64,000 nt of DNA from the IMG/VR virus record IMGVR_UViG_3300005337_000002; one strand, given 5' to 3'. How positions within the stretch are numbered: the stretch's first letter is position 1; every line of letters begins with the position of its first letter. The DNA comes from a virus. The position numbers were made by a program, and so were the translations under genes. Below the pieces are notes generated by a model. That model did no database searches. It saw nothing but the letters and a program-made list of their open reading frames with translations, and was not told the origin of the DNA. Below are positions 41,418 through 52,395 of the stretch, one piece after another.

Positions 41418-42031
41418 GGGGGTTCCTCCGTAGCGTGGACGTCGTGGACTGCGCCCAGCACCACAATGTCCGGACAGGTCGCAAAATCCTTGGGGGCGAT
41501 AAACCCACGCGGATCGTAGGGGATATCGAGGCCAACCTGGGCATAGAGCCGCTGCACAAACTCCGAACAAATGAGCCGCGTATTCGCATGGGGCGCGTGC
41601 GGCGGCATCCCGAGGACCTGCCCCATGATGCGCAAGGCAATGCCGGCAATCTCGCGCCCATCATACCGCGTGCCGAGCAGCGTCACGGCCTCCTGACTGA
41701 GGCGCTGCAGCAGGACGGCGTCGGTCGGAAAGCGCGTATGCCGGGCCACACAGACGATGCCCGGATAGGGCTGGCCGGTGTCGGCGTAATTGGTCACATA
41801 CTGCTCCATAGCCACCGCCCGCACGCCAATGGATTCGACCGATTCGAGCACGAGCACCCGCTGCAGCCCCTCCAGACGCCAGAGCAGGCCCACATGACTC
41901 CAGCGGGACTGCGTGGCGTGTTGAATGAGTTGGGACATCGGACTTGTGCCCTGACAGAGGAGGAGGTCGCCCGAGCGCAGGTCTTCCTGCCATCGCGTAT
42001 ACGGGGACGTCGGAAGTGATGATGGCTCCAT
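41408..42031 (-). CDS. Permuted papain-like NlpC/P60 (YiiX/YebB-like) amidase, candidate endolysin
   Basis: LRSGDLLL...S.WSHVG...G..YD...LICSEFV. Confidence 0.8.
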   Translation of the reverse strand: MEPSSLPTSPYTRWQEDLRSGDLLLCQGTSPMSQLIQHATQSRWSHVGLLWRLEGLQRVLVLESVESIGVRAVAMEQYVTNYADTGQPYPGIVCVARHTRFPTDAVLLQRLSQEAVTLLGTRYDGREIAGIALRIMGQVLGMPPHAPHANTRLICSEFVQRLYAQVGLDIPYDPRGFIAPKDFATCPDIVVLGAVHDVHATEEPPCP

Positions 42032-42050
42032 GGGCCTCCTCGTCTCGTGC

Positions 42051-42251
42051 TCAGCGCAGTGCGCGACATTGGTCAATCGTGGCGCCGCCGGTCGCAATGA
42101 GGGCCGAGACCCCGATGAAGGGGCCATAGGAGCCACTCACCCAGAGGCAGGCGGTATCCCCGCGTTTGTTGAGCGTATCGGCCAGATGGTCGACGCTGGC
42201 GCAGCCGCCGCACAGCAGTCCCAGGAGGAGCGCGCTCCAGACCCAGCGCAT
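42051..42251 (-). CDS. Small lipoprotein
   Basis: Lipobox LCGG-C. Confidence 0.65.
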   Translation of the reverse strand: MRWVWSALLLGLLCGGCASVDHLADTLNKRGDTACLWVSGSYGPFIGVSALIATGGATIDQCRALR

Positions 42252-42264
42252 CGTACTCCCCTCC

Positions 42265-44148
42265 TCACCGCATGCTCACGCGGTGGCGGCGCACCGTGGC
42301 ACTCTGGCGGTAGTCCGTCAGAATCTCGGCGGCACTCCAGACGCGATTATCCAGACGAAAGTCATCGACGCTGCCGGGGTCATAGTACGTGCCGGATTCA
42401 TTCACCCAGCGGCCGACGTCAAAGACCGTCAGATCGACGGTCGGGGCGGTCGAGGACGGCGCCGACGCCACAAGCGCGCCGTTCGCATAGATCGCCCGCA
42501 CGCTACTGGTTGCCCCGCTGGAGACGAGCGCGAACCGCACCCATCGCCCGAGATAGGGTGTACAGTCCACGCTCACGCGCCCGACGGTATGCCAGTCGCC
42601 GTAGTCCCAGTAGCAGACATTGTCGCTGTACGGGAGATGCGCGCCAAACCGGTCCTGCACCGCGGCGCTATGCGCGCCAAAGGCCCCGGTGACGCCCCCG
42701 GCGGTCACTTTGCGCCACAGGAGCACGGTGACGGGCTGCCCCGCTGTCCACACCATCGTGGCAGTGGTCACGTACTGCGCCACGCCGTTCATCGTCACGG
42801 CGCCGGTCCCGACGCGCCCCGGTCCCCAGAGCGGACCCCCCGCGAGCGTGCCGGTATAGCCATTGCCCGTCGCATCGGCCACGGTCGTCCCCGTGCCCTC
42901 ATCGAATTTCCACCGCAGCGCTTGTGGGCCGGTCGTCACGACGCCGCTGCCATACTCTTCCGCCCCGAGGTCATAGGCCGCGCCCTGGGGCCGTGCGATC
43001 CCGCGCCGATCGGTCGGCACGGCGGCGAGCGTGACGCCCGCATCAATGGCCGGGCTGCCCGCCTGGAGGCGAAAGTCGCCGGCAGCCGCATTGACAAAGA
43101 GGGGATCGCCCGTGAGCAGATTATGATCCCGGATCGTGCCGGTGGCCCCGTCATCTTGAATGGTGTCCGCGTTCCCCGTCAGGATATTGTTCTGAATTTT
43201 GGTATTCGTATTGCCGACGTTGATTTCAATCGCCGCGCTCTGCGGGTTCTGGGTAATGGTATTGTTATAGACGCGATTATTATCCACCCCAAAGCCGCCG
43301 GTGCCCGGACTGATACTCACGACGGCTCCATTGCCAATGCAGAGATTATTCGAAAAGATATTGTTCGCGAGGAGATTATTCCCGCCATTCATAATGATGA
43401 CATTGAGCCCTTGCCCCCGCGTGCCGTCATTAAAGCAATTCTCGTGAAACAGGTTATTGGTGACGACGGCATTTTCCACCCCACCCCCGCTGAGATAGAG
43501 ATGGATCGCATAGCCATAGTTGTCATAAAACTCGTTGCCATCCATCGTCATATTCGTCCCGTTACAGTAGCAGCCATACTGGCCCGGAATGCCGTTTGGA
43601 TCGCCGACATAATTGAGATCGAGCCGCGCCCCGTGGATCTTATTGCCCACGAGGCGGACATGATCGGTATAGCGGGCGATGCCCACCGTCGCGAAATCGC
43701 CCCCCGTAAAGTTGCTGTTGCTGACGGTAATATGGTGGCTATTGATCGAGATTTCCAGATGGGGCGAGGTCAAGTTATCCAGCGTGAGATATTGCGGGAT
43801 GCTGGCATCAAAGTTGTCCTGGATATTGATCTGGTTGGGGATCACCACCGTTTCGCCGGGATACCCCGCGATGGTGATGCGCGTACTCTCATTCGTGCCG
43901 CTGGGGAGGCGAAAGCCCACGGGACTAAAGAGTTCATTATAGGTCCCACCCCGAATGAGCAGCGTATCGCCCGGTGTCAGGCACGCGACCCCAGCGGCAA
44001 TCGTGCGCCGGGGCGTGGTCAGTTGGGTGGCCGCCGCACAGCTATTGCCGGCGGCGACGGCCCCATCAACATAATAGATCGTGGCGTGGGCAGGCCCCCA
44101 CCAGAGACCGCAGAGGAGGACGACCAGGAGCATGCGAGGGTGTCTCAT
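42265..44148 (-). CDS. Secreted beta-helix plus LamG protein (depolymerase/adhesin-like)
   Basis: Signal peptide AHA; TIYYVD; beta-helix repeats; DFRLQAGSPAIDAG; WKFDEGTG...LamG. Confidence 0.85.
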   Translation of the reverse strand: MRHPRMLLVVLLCGLWWGPAHATIYYVDGAVAAGNSCAAATQLTTPRRTIAAGVACLTPGDTLLIRGGTYNELFSPVGFRLPSGTNESTRITIAGYPGETVVIPNQINIQDNFDASIPQYLTLDNLTSPHLEISINSHHITVSNSNFTGGDFATVGIARYTDHVRLVGNKIHGARLDLNYVGDPNGIPGQYGCYCNGTNMTMDGNEFYDNYGYAIHLYLSGGGVENAVVTNNLFHENCFNDGTRGQGLNVIIMNGGNNLLANNIFSNNLCIGNGAVVSISPGTGGFGVDNNRVYNNTITQNPQSAAIEINVGNTNTKIQNNILTGNADTIQDDGATGTIRDHNLLTGDPLFVNAAAGDFRLQAGSPAIDAGVTLAAVPTDRRGIARPQGAAYDLGAEEYGSGVVTTGPQALRWKFDEGTGTTVADATGNGYTGTLAGGPLWGPGRVGTGAVTMNGVAQYVTTATMVWTAGQPVTVLLWRKVTAGGVTGAFGAHSAAVQDRFGAHLPYSDNVCYWDYGDWHTVGRVSVDCTPYLGRWVRFALVSSGATSSVRAIYANGALVASAPSSTAPTVDLTVFDVGRWVNESGTYYDPGSVDDFRLDNRVWSAAEILTDYRQSATVRRHRVSMR

Positions 44149-45569
44149 TGGAGGACTCCCTTGATCTTCACCTGGACAAACTTGGCCGTGCCCCCGGCTG
44201 CCGTAATGTTGACGGCCAGATCGCACGGCGTACTACTACACGTGGCCCCCGTCCCGCTAAAAGGGTGCACCAGTGGACTGCCGTTGACCGTACACGCCGC
44301 CCAGATACCCGTGCCGCACGTACAGGCCCCCGTGAGAATCGAGGTACCCGTGATGTCCCCGGTCAGGATGGGGCGCACGGTGGGCGTGCCCGCGTCGGCC
44401 ATACAGGCGACCGTCGTGATTTTCCAGTCTTTTTCAAAGTCGTTCGGACAGGCGCGGGGCGAATCCTCATCATCGGCCAGCGGCGGGGCATCGACACTCA
44501 CCGAGCCGACGCTAATGACGCAGGGCTTGATCTTGTACTTGTCGGGGATCCCGATACTCCAGGCCTTCCAGCGCGTCGCGGTCGCATCATAGATGATCGC
44601 CAGCGTCTCGCCCGGGAAGAGGGTCAGGTCCCCCCCGAAGAGGAAGCGATTCACGGCCGAGGAGCTGGCACTCTGGTCTTTGAGGGTGAGGGCATTGGTC
44701 GTGCCCACGTTCTGGAGCGCAATGATATCACCGCCTGTCCCCGCGGTCAGGCCGGTGAGCAGTCGATCCGCTGCGCCTCCATTGATGCGACAGACGCCAG
44801 TGGTACACAAGGCGTAATCATTGGCATCGCCTGCCAGGGTCGCGGTCGTCGCGGTGCCGGTCACTGCGAGTTGCGGGGGCAGGTCCGCTTTGACCGGGGC
44901 GCGAAACGTCGGGGCTGCAGCACTGCCCGAGGCCGGTCCCGCATAATGGGTATTGGCCGTTTGCGTGGCTTTGACCCAGGCAATGGTGCCCGCGGTCGTG
45001 ATCGGCGAGCCGGTGACGGTATACTCGGTCGGCGGCGTGATCGTCACACTCGTGACGGTGCCGGTGCCTGCGCCACTGCCGGGGACATAGGCAATAATCT
45101 TGGTATCAATCAGGGCCAGACTGCCTGCCGTCGTCGCATTGTCGTCCATTTGCCCGATGACAATGCCGTTACTGGGGGCAGCGGCTTGCGCGTGGCAGTC
45201 CCCCGCCACCGTGACCGACGCGACGACATACTGGCCGCGCACGTTACTCGCGGTGGCGTCCATGCGGCAACTGGTCACGCCGCTCAGATTGAGCATGGCA
45301 TAGCCGGTCGTGGTCCCGTTGCGCGTGACCACATAGAGCGGGATATTCGTATCGCCCGTGCCGGCGATCACCGCCCCCGTCGAGGTGATCTTCGCGAGGG
45401 ACCAGAGGGTCGTTCCGGTGCTGGGGTCATTGAGCACGGCCTTGACGGTATTGGTGCCGCGCGACGCTTCCTGCGCATCGACGCCCGGGAGCAGCGTGGC
45501 GAGGGCGAGCATGAGCAGCAGGAGGCGCAGGGTCGGGGAGCGGAGCAGATGGGCGAGTCGTGCCAACAT
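44145..45569 (-). CDS. Secreted, Cys-rich tail-fibre-like protein
   Basis: Signal peptide VDA; GTVTSV and AGP.SG..AAPTFR fibre motifs; many Cys. Confidence 0.75.
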   Translation of the reverse strand: MLARLAHLLRSPTLRLLLLMLALATLLPGVDAQEASRGTNTVKAVLNDPSTGTTLWSLAKITSTGAVIAGTGDTNIPLYVVTRNGTTTGYAMLNLSGVTSCRMDATASNVRGQYVVASVTVAGDCHAQAAAPSNGIVIGQMDDNATTAGSLALIDTKIIAYVPGSGAGTGTVTSVTITPPTEYTVTGSPITTAGTIAWVKATQTANTHYAGPASGSAAAPTFRAPVKADLPPQLAVTGTATTATLAGDANDYALCTTGVCRINGGAADRLLTGLTAGTGGDIIALQNVGTTNALTLKDQSASSSAVNRFLFGGDLTLFPGETLAIIYDATATRWKAWSIGIPDKYKIKPCVISVGSVSVDAPPLADDEDSPRACPNDFEKDWKITTVACMADAGTPTVRPILTGDITGTSILTGACTCGTGIWAACTVNGSPLVHPFSGTGATCSSTPCDLAVNITAAGGTAKFVQVKIKGVLQ

Positions 45570-45607
45570 ACGTATCCTTTCGGCGGCGTCTAGACCGCGG
45601 TGACGTG

Positions 45608-46495
45608 TCAGTGCATAAACTGGAAAAACCCAGCGGTATTGCTGCCGCCCACATTGATGAGCGGGCCGCGATTGAGCAGCCCGGTATCGCCCTGGCGTCC
45701 GAGGCTATAGAGGGCGGCCACGTCGAGCGCGCTCAGCGCCCGCAGATAGAGCCGCGCGTCATCGAGCGCCCCGTCCCAGGTATTCGAACTGCCATCAAAG
45801 GACCCGAGGGCCGCGAGATTGGCGCCCGCGAGGAACGTATTCGCGCTGTCCATATCCGACGCGGTCCCTTCCTGCTTGCCATCGAGATAGAGCGTGACGA
45901 CCGTGCCATTCAGGACGAGCGCGCCATGATGCCAGCCGGTATCGAGCGCCGTTGCGCCGGTGAGCAGCGTGTTACTGTTTGATACATTGCGGTACCGCCC
46001 CTCCAGCATGCCGCCCGTGCCGCTCGTCTGCAGCGCCCAGCCGAGGGAGCCGGTCGAGCGCTGGAAGGAGAAGAGGCGCAGCTGGGCCGCCGCGAGGGCC
46101 GCCGTCGTCGGCTTGAGCCAGATGGTCGCCGTGAGGGTCGTCTGCGTGCTCGCGTAGAAGTCCGACGTGAGCCCGACATCGACGTAGGTCGTCACGCCAT
46201 CGAACCGGAGTTCGCCAAAGCCCCCGGTGCGCACGGTCGCCCCCCAGGTCGCGCCATTCGTCAACGTGCCGTGGTGGGTGCTCATGAGGTCATACCACTG
46301 GCGTCCGCCGTCGAGGCCCGGAATGGCCCGCCACATGCTCACGAGGCCCCAGGCGAGGGGATGCTCGCGCTGCACGGGGGCATGCGTACTGATGAGGCCC
46401 AGGCCCCCGACATGCGCAAAGGGCGAGAGTTGGGCCTGGCAGGGGAGGACGCTCGCGCAGAGGAGAGCGATGAGGAGCAACAGACGCAGGATCAT
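45608..46495 (-). CDS. Secreted LamG/ConA-like lectin domain protein
   Basis: Signal peptide; L.FDG...WHH.ALV.....LYLDG...G.LDD.RLY.RALS. Confidence 0.85.
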   Translation of the reverse strand: MILRLLLLIALLCASVLPCQAQLSPFAHVGGLGLISTHAPVQREHPLAWGLVSMWRAIPGLDGGRQWYDLMSTHHGTLTNGATWGATVRTGGFGELRFDGVTTYVDVGLTSDFYASTQTTLTATIWLKPTTAALAAAQLRLFSFQRSTGSLGWALQTSGTGGMLEGRYRNVSNSNTLLTGATALDTGWHHGALVLNGTVVTLYLDGKQEGTASDMDSANTFLAGANLAALGSFDGSSNTWDGALDDARLYLRALSALDVAALYSLGRQGDTGLLNRGPLINVGGSNTAGFFQFMH

Positions 46496-47004
46496 TGCGC
46501 AATGCCCTCGATAGTAACTGGCCTAATTTTAATAGTATTACCAGAGGCCGCCAACGTCTGTCCGGTGGAGTCGTTCTTTGCGACCGCCTTAAACAAGCCC
46601 CAGGGACAGAGAATGCGCCGGGTGACCCGCGTCCCTGTTTGCCCGGCGGTCACGGGGAGGACGACGTCGGGGGCCCGGCCCAGGGTGATCGAGGCGGTCG
46701 GCGTATCTTCGTAGTTCGTGCCGTCCGCCGCCATGAGGAACCAGACGACGACGGCCGTATTGGCGGTGGGATTGGCCCCGAAGGTAAAGACGCCCTCGAC
46801 ATCGCAGAGGACATAGCCGTCGCCCGCTTGGAGCGGCGTATTATTGAAGGCGGCACTGGCGGCGGTGAATCCGTTACTGGTTAGTGAGTTCAGTTGCGTC
46901 GTCAGGAGACTCGTCTGGCTCCCGAGCAGAAACTTGGTCACAATCGCGGCGTGGGCAAGACTTGCTATCCCAAGGATGAGCACAAGACTGAGCAGACGTC
47001 TCAT
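46492..47004 (-). CDS. Secreted phage structural-type beta protein
   Basis: Signal peptide AHA; LNSL...DGTNYED motif seen in phage late proteins. Confidence 0.65.
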   Translation of the reverse strand: MRRLLSLVLILGIASLAHAAIVTKFLLGSQTSLLTTQLNSLTSNGFTAASAAFNNTPLQAGDGYVLCDVEGVFTFGANPTANTAVVVWFLMAADGTNYEDTPTASITLGRAPDVVLPVTAGQTGTRVTRRILCPWGLFKAVAKNDSTGQTLAASGNTIKIRPVTIEGIAQ

Positions 47005-47543
47005 GTGGCGTCCCTCGCGGTAGAAATATCATCCAGCGTCAGCTTGCGCCCGCAGACCACCTCGGCCCGGGACCCCTGCCGCTTGACCATCGCAATGAGC
47101 GCCGTGCGGGTGGCACTGGGATTGGCAAAGATGCCGACAATCGGGGGACTGCCGCCTGCGCCGACGAGGATGGCGCGAATATTCGCTTTACTGAGATCCA
47201 CCGTCGTCGTGCCGAGAATGGTGTTCAGTTGCGCGAGTTGATGATCCGAGAGCGCCAGATACTCGGCGGGGTCGAGCACGGTGGCCTTCAGGTCGGCGAC
47301 GGCGACGGGGGCAGGATCGACCTGGTAGGTGGCACCGCTGCGCACCTGGTTCATGACGGTGAGGACATCGGCATCCTTGCCTGCGGCAAAGAGGTTTTGG
47401 AGACTGACCGACTGGCTGTCGGCGAGATTGGCCGGGTTCGTCTGCAATTCCGTTTTCAAATCCGACGGGGTGCAGACTGCCCCGGCGATGAGGGGACAGA
47501 GCATGAGGAGCAGGGCTGCTCCGAGGCGTGTTACGACAAGCAT
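47001..47543 (-). CDS. Secreted phage late protein
   Basis: Signal peptide AGA; LKTELQTNP...SRAEV. Confidence 0.65.
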   Translation of the reverse strand: MLVVTRLGAALLLMLCPLIAGAVCTPSDLKTELQTNPANLADSQSVSLQNLFAAGKDADVLTVMNQVRSGATYQVDPAPVAVADLKATVLDPAEYLALSDHQLAQLNTILGTTTVDLSKANIRAILVGAGGSPPIVGIFANPSATRTALIAMVKRQGSRAEVVCGRKLTLDDISTARDAT

Positions 47544-47571
47544 TGTGCGTACTCCTGTGCTATACTTAGCA

Positions 47572-47628
47572 GGCTTGGTTGCCTTGCTAGCGTAATCCTG
47601 TTTGGCCTTACCCAGACAGGTCCAAGCC
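47572..47628 (+). ncRNA. c4-like three-way-junction leader RNA
   Basis: ggcttgg/ccaagcc outer stem; loop ccttac complementary to gtaagg in the SD; extended -10 TGcTATACT. Confidence 0.55.
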
Positions 47629-47659
47629 ATCCATCCTTCTGAGCCTGTAAGGAGGCGGC

Positions 47660-48319
47660 ATGACTGCCCATAATTTCATTGATTTGACTGAACAACTCTT
47701 TGATCGATTGACCGTCTTGAGCCGTGCGGCCAATGGGAGTGATGGTCGGACACGTTGGATGTGTCAATGCAGCTGCGGTGCTCTGCGCGTTGTCGATGCG
47801 AAGGCTTTGCGCCGACGTGCAACCAAAAGCTGCGGATGTTTTAAGATTGAGGAGAATACGCAACGTAGTCGAACGCATGGCATGGCACACACTGCGGAAT
47901 ACTTTGTATGGAAAAACATGAAGGCACGATGCTTGAACCCGCGCAGCTCGCGTTATGCAGATTACGGTGGTCGCGGGATTACTATCTGTGCACGATGGCA
48001 AGACTCGTTCGTCAATTTTTATGAAGATATGGGGCCTCGCCCAGGGCCGAAATACACTATCGAGAGAGTGCGAAACTCGGAAGGGTATGCGCCAGACAAT
48101 TGCATCTGGGCAACATTGTCTGTGCAAGCACGTAATAAACGCACGAGCCTTTCTTTCACCTTGAATGATATTACGCAATCGCTGCTGGAGTGGGCGCAAA
48201 GCATCGGAATGAACTATCACACGTTGTATTATCGCTTGCAGTGTGGACTGTCTCTTGAAGAGGCTATGGCTCGGCCATTGCAGATACATAAAAATAATAT
48301 ACATAAACATATAGAATAA
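47660..48319 (+). CDS. HNH-type homing endonuclease inserted antisense in the late operon
   Basis: W.C.CSCG...SCGC; W..MK.RC...YGGRGI.IC.RW; TIER..N..GY.PDNC.WAT...QARN. Confidence 0.88.
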   Translation: MTAHNFIDLTEQLFDRLTVLSRAANGSDGRTRWMCQCSCGALRVVDAKALRRRATKSCGCFKIEENTQRSRTHGMAHTAEYFVWKNMKARCLNPRSSRYADYGGRGITICARWQDSFVNFYEDMGPRPGPKYTIERVRNSEGYAPDNCIWATLSVQARNKRTSLSFTLNDITQSLLEWAQSIGMNYHTLYYRLQCGLSLEEAMARPLQIHKNNIHKHIE

Positions 48320-48326
48320 TCCTAAA

Positions 48327-50693
48327 CTAATTAGTAGCATACGCTTGCCATTTGGAGAGCACTGTGGAATAGACCACGCCAATTGCTGTCCAGGCGGATG
48401 TTCCGCTTGGGCATACCGTGGGCAGGCCGACGTTCGGGCTCGCAATAAAAATACTATTCCAAGCAAACGTCTGTTGGGACGTGCAGAGGAACCGCAGAAA
48501 CAGGCGTTGGCCATTGACGGGCGTGCCTGAGGGGGCGGCCACCGTGAGCGTCCCACTGCCAGCGGTCATCTGCATCTCGCAGTCGTCGGACGAGTCTCCC
48601 GCACAGGTGTACGTGGTGCTGCTTGTCAAGGTCGTGACTCTGGGCGTGATCCTCTTCGCAGACAGCGTCTGCGTATCCGTATCTCCGACGACCGCCCCGC
48701 TCGGTGCCGCGACGACGTTGAGCGTGCCATCCCCGCCCGACGTCTTCACCAGGCCGTTACTTGTCAGATTCGCGAGTTTGGCAATCGTGGGGGTGGTGAG
48801 CGTCGGACTCGTGGCCTTGACGTAGTTGCCCGTCCCAGTCACCGCAACGCCCTGAATGACCGTTGCGGACGTCCACTCTGCCGCTTGCCCGCTGGTCGGC
48901 GTGCCCGTGTTCGACACATTGCCCCCGCCTGCCGGCGTCTGCCACGTCCCATCGCCGCGCCAGAAGGTGGACGATGACGCGGACGTGCCGCTATTCAGAT
49001 TCGCCACCGGCAGATTCCCCGTGACCCCGGTACTCAGGGGCAACCCGGTCGCATTGGTCAGGACCGCCGCACTCGGCGTGCCCAGCGCGGGCGTGACGAG
49101 GGTGGGACTCGTCGCCTTGACGTAGTTGCCGGTGCCTGTCACGGCCACCCCTTGGACGGCCGTCGCGCTGACCCATTCCGTCGACTGTCCCGCGACAGGC
49201 GTGCCCGAGATCGTAATGGTCCCCCCGCCCCCGCAGGACGTGACGGTGCACAGCGCCCCATCGCTATCGGGCAGCGTGTTGAAGTGATGGGCGCTCAAAT
49301 TGCCCGCCATGAGCGTGCTGGTCCAGCCATGCGGGTCCGTCAGTTCCACGAGGCCGCTGCCCTGGCCGTGCGTCATTTCCTGGATCGTGCCGACATGGTT
49401 GCCCGGATCATAGAGAAAGCGGCCGGTGTCCACGTCCCACGTCGTGCCTTCGCCGTGAAACGCCACGTCCTTGTAGGCCCCCGTGGCCAGCGCCGCCCCG
49501 CCCCCGCCGCCCCCCGCCAGCGTGGCAATCAGTTGCGAGTTGAAAATGATCTGCCAGGTCGAGGTGGTCGAGTCGTACTCAAAGAGCAGGAGATCATCTT
49601 TATTCAGCCCGGTCGTCGCGGCCGGCAAGTCCCAGCCGGCATTCTCGCTATACTGCGGTTGCCAGGTGAGCGGCTGAGGCGTGGCACTGCGCAGGCGCAA
49701 GCGATACCACTGCCCGGCCCGCGCCGTGCCCAACGGGTTGAGGATGAGCGCGCCCGTCGTCATGGCCGTCACGCGCTCCAGGTCATACAGCACGGGATTG
49801 GGCTGAATCGTGCCGCTGGTGGTGCTGGGATCGGCCAGCGTATTGACGCGCGGCGGGACAAACGTCTGCTCCAGCGTCTGCGGGCCATCCGTCCCGGCCA
49901 GATTGCCCGCGGGCAACGGCACGGTGGTGACGGCGGCGAGCCCCCCGCTGGTCGTGGCGTAGAGGACGCCCGAGGGCAACACCCCGAGATTCACGCCGAC
50001 CGGGAACTGGCTATTACTTTGCGCGAGGAGCGGCTTGGCGACGGATTGGGCGATGGCTGGCACATCGCAGATGAGGACGCCCGTGGCCGTCACGCCTTTG
50101 GCATAGGTCCCTGCGAGTTGACAGGTATTGCCCACATAGGCCGCAAAAAGCCCCGTGCCATCCGCGGCCTGGAGCGTGCCAGCCCCGCCGAGCGGGAGGC
50201 GCTGCCAGGTGCCCGCCACGGTCGACGTCGTGATCGGCACTTGATTGGTGGCCGTGGCAGTGCTCATCGTCACATTGCCGAGCGAGCCACTGCCGCCCGT
50301 GCCCCCGCTCAGCCCCTCGACCTGGAACGTGGTACCGTCGTCGCAGGCTTCGACCCGCTGGCCGATGCCGATGTCATTGGCGACGAGCGGGGTCGCCACG
50401 CCCGCCACGCGCTTCATCAGGGCCTTCGCCCCGCGCCCGTTGACGTTGAGGGTCGCCGGGCCGGTGTTGGCGGCATGCGCGAAGAACGCATAGCAGGCGC
50501 CGACATGGTAGGACAGAATCGCTGGGGTGAGGGTGATCGCATACGTATTCGTTGCGCCCGTTGAGGTCGTGGCGGTATTAAACCATCCATAGATCGTGCG
50601 CGGTCCGGCAATGGGATTCTGACTATAGCTCGCTGTCACCGCGCACAGGAGGAGCCCTATACTGAGGAGGATGCCTCTTAGGCTCTGTCGCAT
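48327..50693 (-). CDS. Tail-fibre-like protein with signal peptide
   Basis: G/T-rich fibre motifs ([25 protein letters not shown]), internal duplications, N-terminal signal peptide. Confidence 0.8.
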   Translation of the reverse strand: MRQSLRGILLSIGLLLCAVTASYSQNPIAGPRTIYGWFNTATTSTGATNTYAITLTPAILSYHVGACYAFFAHAANTGPATLNVNGRGAKALMKRVAGVATPLVANDIGIGQRVEACDDGTTFQVEGLSGGTGGSGSLGNVTMSTATATNQVPITTSTVAGTWQRLPLGGAGTLQAADGTGLFAAYVGNTCQLAGTYAKGVTATGVLICDVPAIAQSVAKPLLAQSNSQFPVGVNLGVLPSGVLYATTSGGLAAVTTVPLPAGNLAGTDGPQTLEQTFVPPRVNTLADPSTTSGTIQPNPVLYDLERVTAMTTGALILNPLGTARAGQWYRLRLRSATPQPLTWQPQYSENAGWDLPAATTGLNKDDLLLFEYDSTTSTWQIIFNSQLIATLAGGGGGGAALATGAYKDVAFHGEGTTWDVDTGRFLYDPGNHVGTIQEMTHGQGSGLVELTDPHGWTSTLMAGNLSAHHFNTLPDSDGALCTVTSCGGGGTITISGTPVAGQSTEWVSATAVQGVAVTGTGNYVKATSPTLVTPALGTPSAAVLTNATGLPLSTGVTGNLPVANLNSGTSASSSTFWRGDGTWQTPAGGGNVSNTGTPTSGQAAEWTSATVIQGVAVTGTGNYVKATSPTLTTPTIAKLANLTSNGLVKTSGGDGTLNVVAAPSGAVVGDTDTQTLSAKRITPRVTTLTSSTTYTCAGDSSDDCEMQMTAGSGTLTVAAPSGTPVNGQRLFLRFLCTSQQTFAWNSIFIASPNVGLPTVCPSGTSAWTAIGVVYSTVLSKWQAYATN

Positions 50694-52198
50694 GGCGGTG
50701 CCTCCGTGCGTCCGAGCGTCGCTTCCAGTGCTTCGACACGCGCATGCAGTTCTTTGAGGCCGTTCATGAGCGTATACACGAGCGTCCCGCTCCCTTCATT
50801 CGTCAGAATATCTTCGACCGCGCCGCCTGGCGTGAGAGCACGCCGTGCTCTTCCCACCATCGTCGGGGCCACCTGTTGCAGTGCTTGTGCAATCAACCCG
50901 ACATGCTCTTTGCCGTCCTTGGGCATGCCGCCGAGCCCGTTATAGGCAAAGACGACGGGCTCTAGGCGCAGGAGGAGGTCTAAGCCTTCCAGATACGGAC
51001 GTCGGACCTCTTTCAAACGGGCGTCAGAAAATATCGTCCAAGCACTCGTTCCAGGTTTACTAGCACTATCGGTACTCAACTCCAGCTGGTGGGAGGGCGA
51101 CGTCACGCCCAGCCCCAACTGTCCTGCCGTGGTCAGGGTGGCGAGGATGGCGCTCAGGGCATTGCGCAGATACACATGCCCGCCTGCGCCCATTTGCAGC
51201 GAGAGATCCCCCGCCCGGGAATAGACGCTGGTGGCCGTCTGATTGACCACGCCCCCGTCGCGAATCGTAAAGTCCGTACCGCTAAAGTCCGCCACACTGC
51301 CGAGCACGAGGCGCCCGCTGGTGGGATCGCTAAAGGTGGCGACGACATCATAGGTCGTGGGATGGACCGTGAGCGTGTTCGGGGCCAGCGCCGTGCGCGG
51401 CGTACTCGCATCCCACACGCCCCAGAGCAGTGCCCGGGTGCCCAGGCCATGCGTGCTCCCGGCCACGGTCACGGTCATCTGGCTCGTGAAACTCGCGGCA
51501 TATTGCGGGTCCGATTTCGTCAACACCAGATACCCCGTCATGGGATCGCTAAAGGTGACGACGACGTCAAACGTGCTCGGATGCACCGTGATACTATCGG
51601 GGGCAAAGACCGCACTGCCGAGAATCTGGCCCGCCGGTTGCGTATTGTCATAGAGGCGCCAGAGGAGGTCGGCCGTCGCAAAGCCATGCGCGCTCCCGAG
51701 CACGGTGACCGTGGTGGCGGCCGTGAAGTCCCGAATGTAGGGCGCCGCCCCACTGAGGACCAGACTGCCACTTAGGGGGTCCGCAAACTGCGCCAGGACG
51801 TCATACGTACTCTGATCCACCGTGAGGGCCGCCGGCTCCACGGCGGCGGCAGGCACGGCATCGGTATAGAGTTGCGCCAGGAGTCCCCGTGTGCCGAGCC
51901 GATGGGTCGTGCCGCCGACGTACACGCTAATACGATTGACAAAGTCGATGAGACTTGCCGCACTGCCAATGCCGGGGAGAAACTGGTTCAAGCGGGCGGC
52001 GACGCTGCCGAGGCTCCCCTGCGGTTGCGCGCCGAGACAGGTCTCGATGGAGAGGATCGCCGCTAGTATATCATTGACTAATTCAGAGTCGATGCGACTA
52101 TTAGAATCAGGCGCAGCAGGAGTACCATTGACATACGTTTGTGCGGTGTCAATCCCTGCTGAGTAACTGGTCCCGAAACCCGCCCCCAATTGGCTCAC
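50678..52198 (-). CDS. Tail fibre with three ~75-aa repeats and a C-terminal peptidase S74 chaperone
   Basis: SDARLKE...L.PV.F.YNG...VGLIAQ...KEL..RVE.LE. Confidence 0.88.
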   Translation of the reverse strand: MSQLGAGFGTSYSAGIDTAQTYVNGTPAAPDSNSRIDSELVNDILAAILSIETCLGAQPQGSLGSVAARLNQFLPGIGSAASLIDFVNRISVYVGGTTHRLGTRGLLAQLYTDAVPAAAVEPAALTVDQSTYDVLAQFADPLSGSLVLSGAAPYIRDFTAATTVTVLGSAHGFATADLLWRLYDNTQPAGQILGSAVFAPDSITVHPSTFDVVVTFSDPMTGYLVLTKSDPQYAASFTSQMTVTVAGSTHGLGTRALLWGVWDASTPRTALAPNTLTVHPTTYDVVATFSDPTSGRLVLGSVADFSGTDFTIRDGGVVNQTATSVYSRAGDLSLQMGAGGHVYLRNALSAILATLTTAGQLGLGVTSPSHQLELSTDSASKPGTSAWTIFSDARLKEVRRPYLEGLDLLLRLEPVVFAYNGLGGMPKDGKEHVGLIAQALQQVAPTMVGRARRALTPGGAVEDILTNEGSGTLVYTLMNGLKELHARVEALEATLGRTEAPPCDRA

Positions 52199-52395
52199 AT
52201 TAGCGGTCCTCACGGGTATCAGGGTGATCGTGCATATATTGCCGCACCGCTTGGCGGATGGCCTGCTGCGTGAGGACGGGCAAACTCAGTTGTGTCCGGA
52301 GCGCGTTGATCTGCGTGAGCAGTACGTCAAAGACCATGCGCTCACGTGGGGCTAGGACGGTTGTTGGATCAACGCGATGGTCGAGTCTCGGCATC

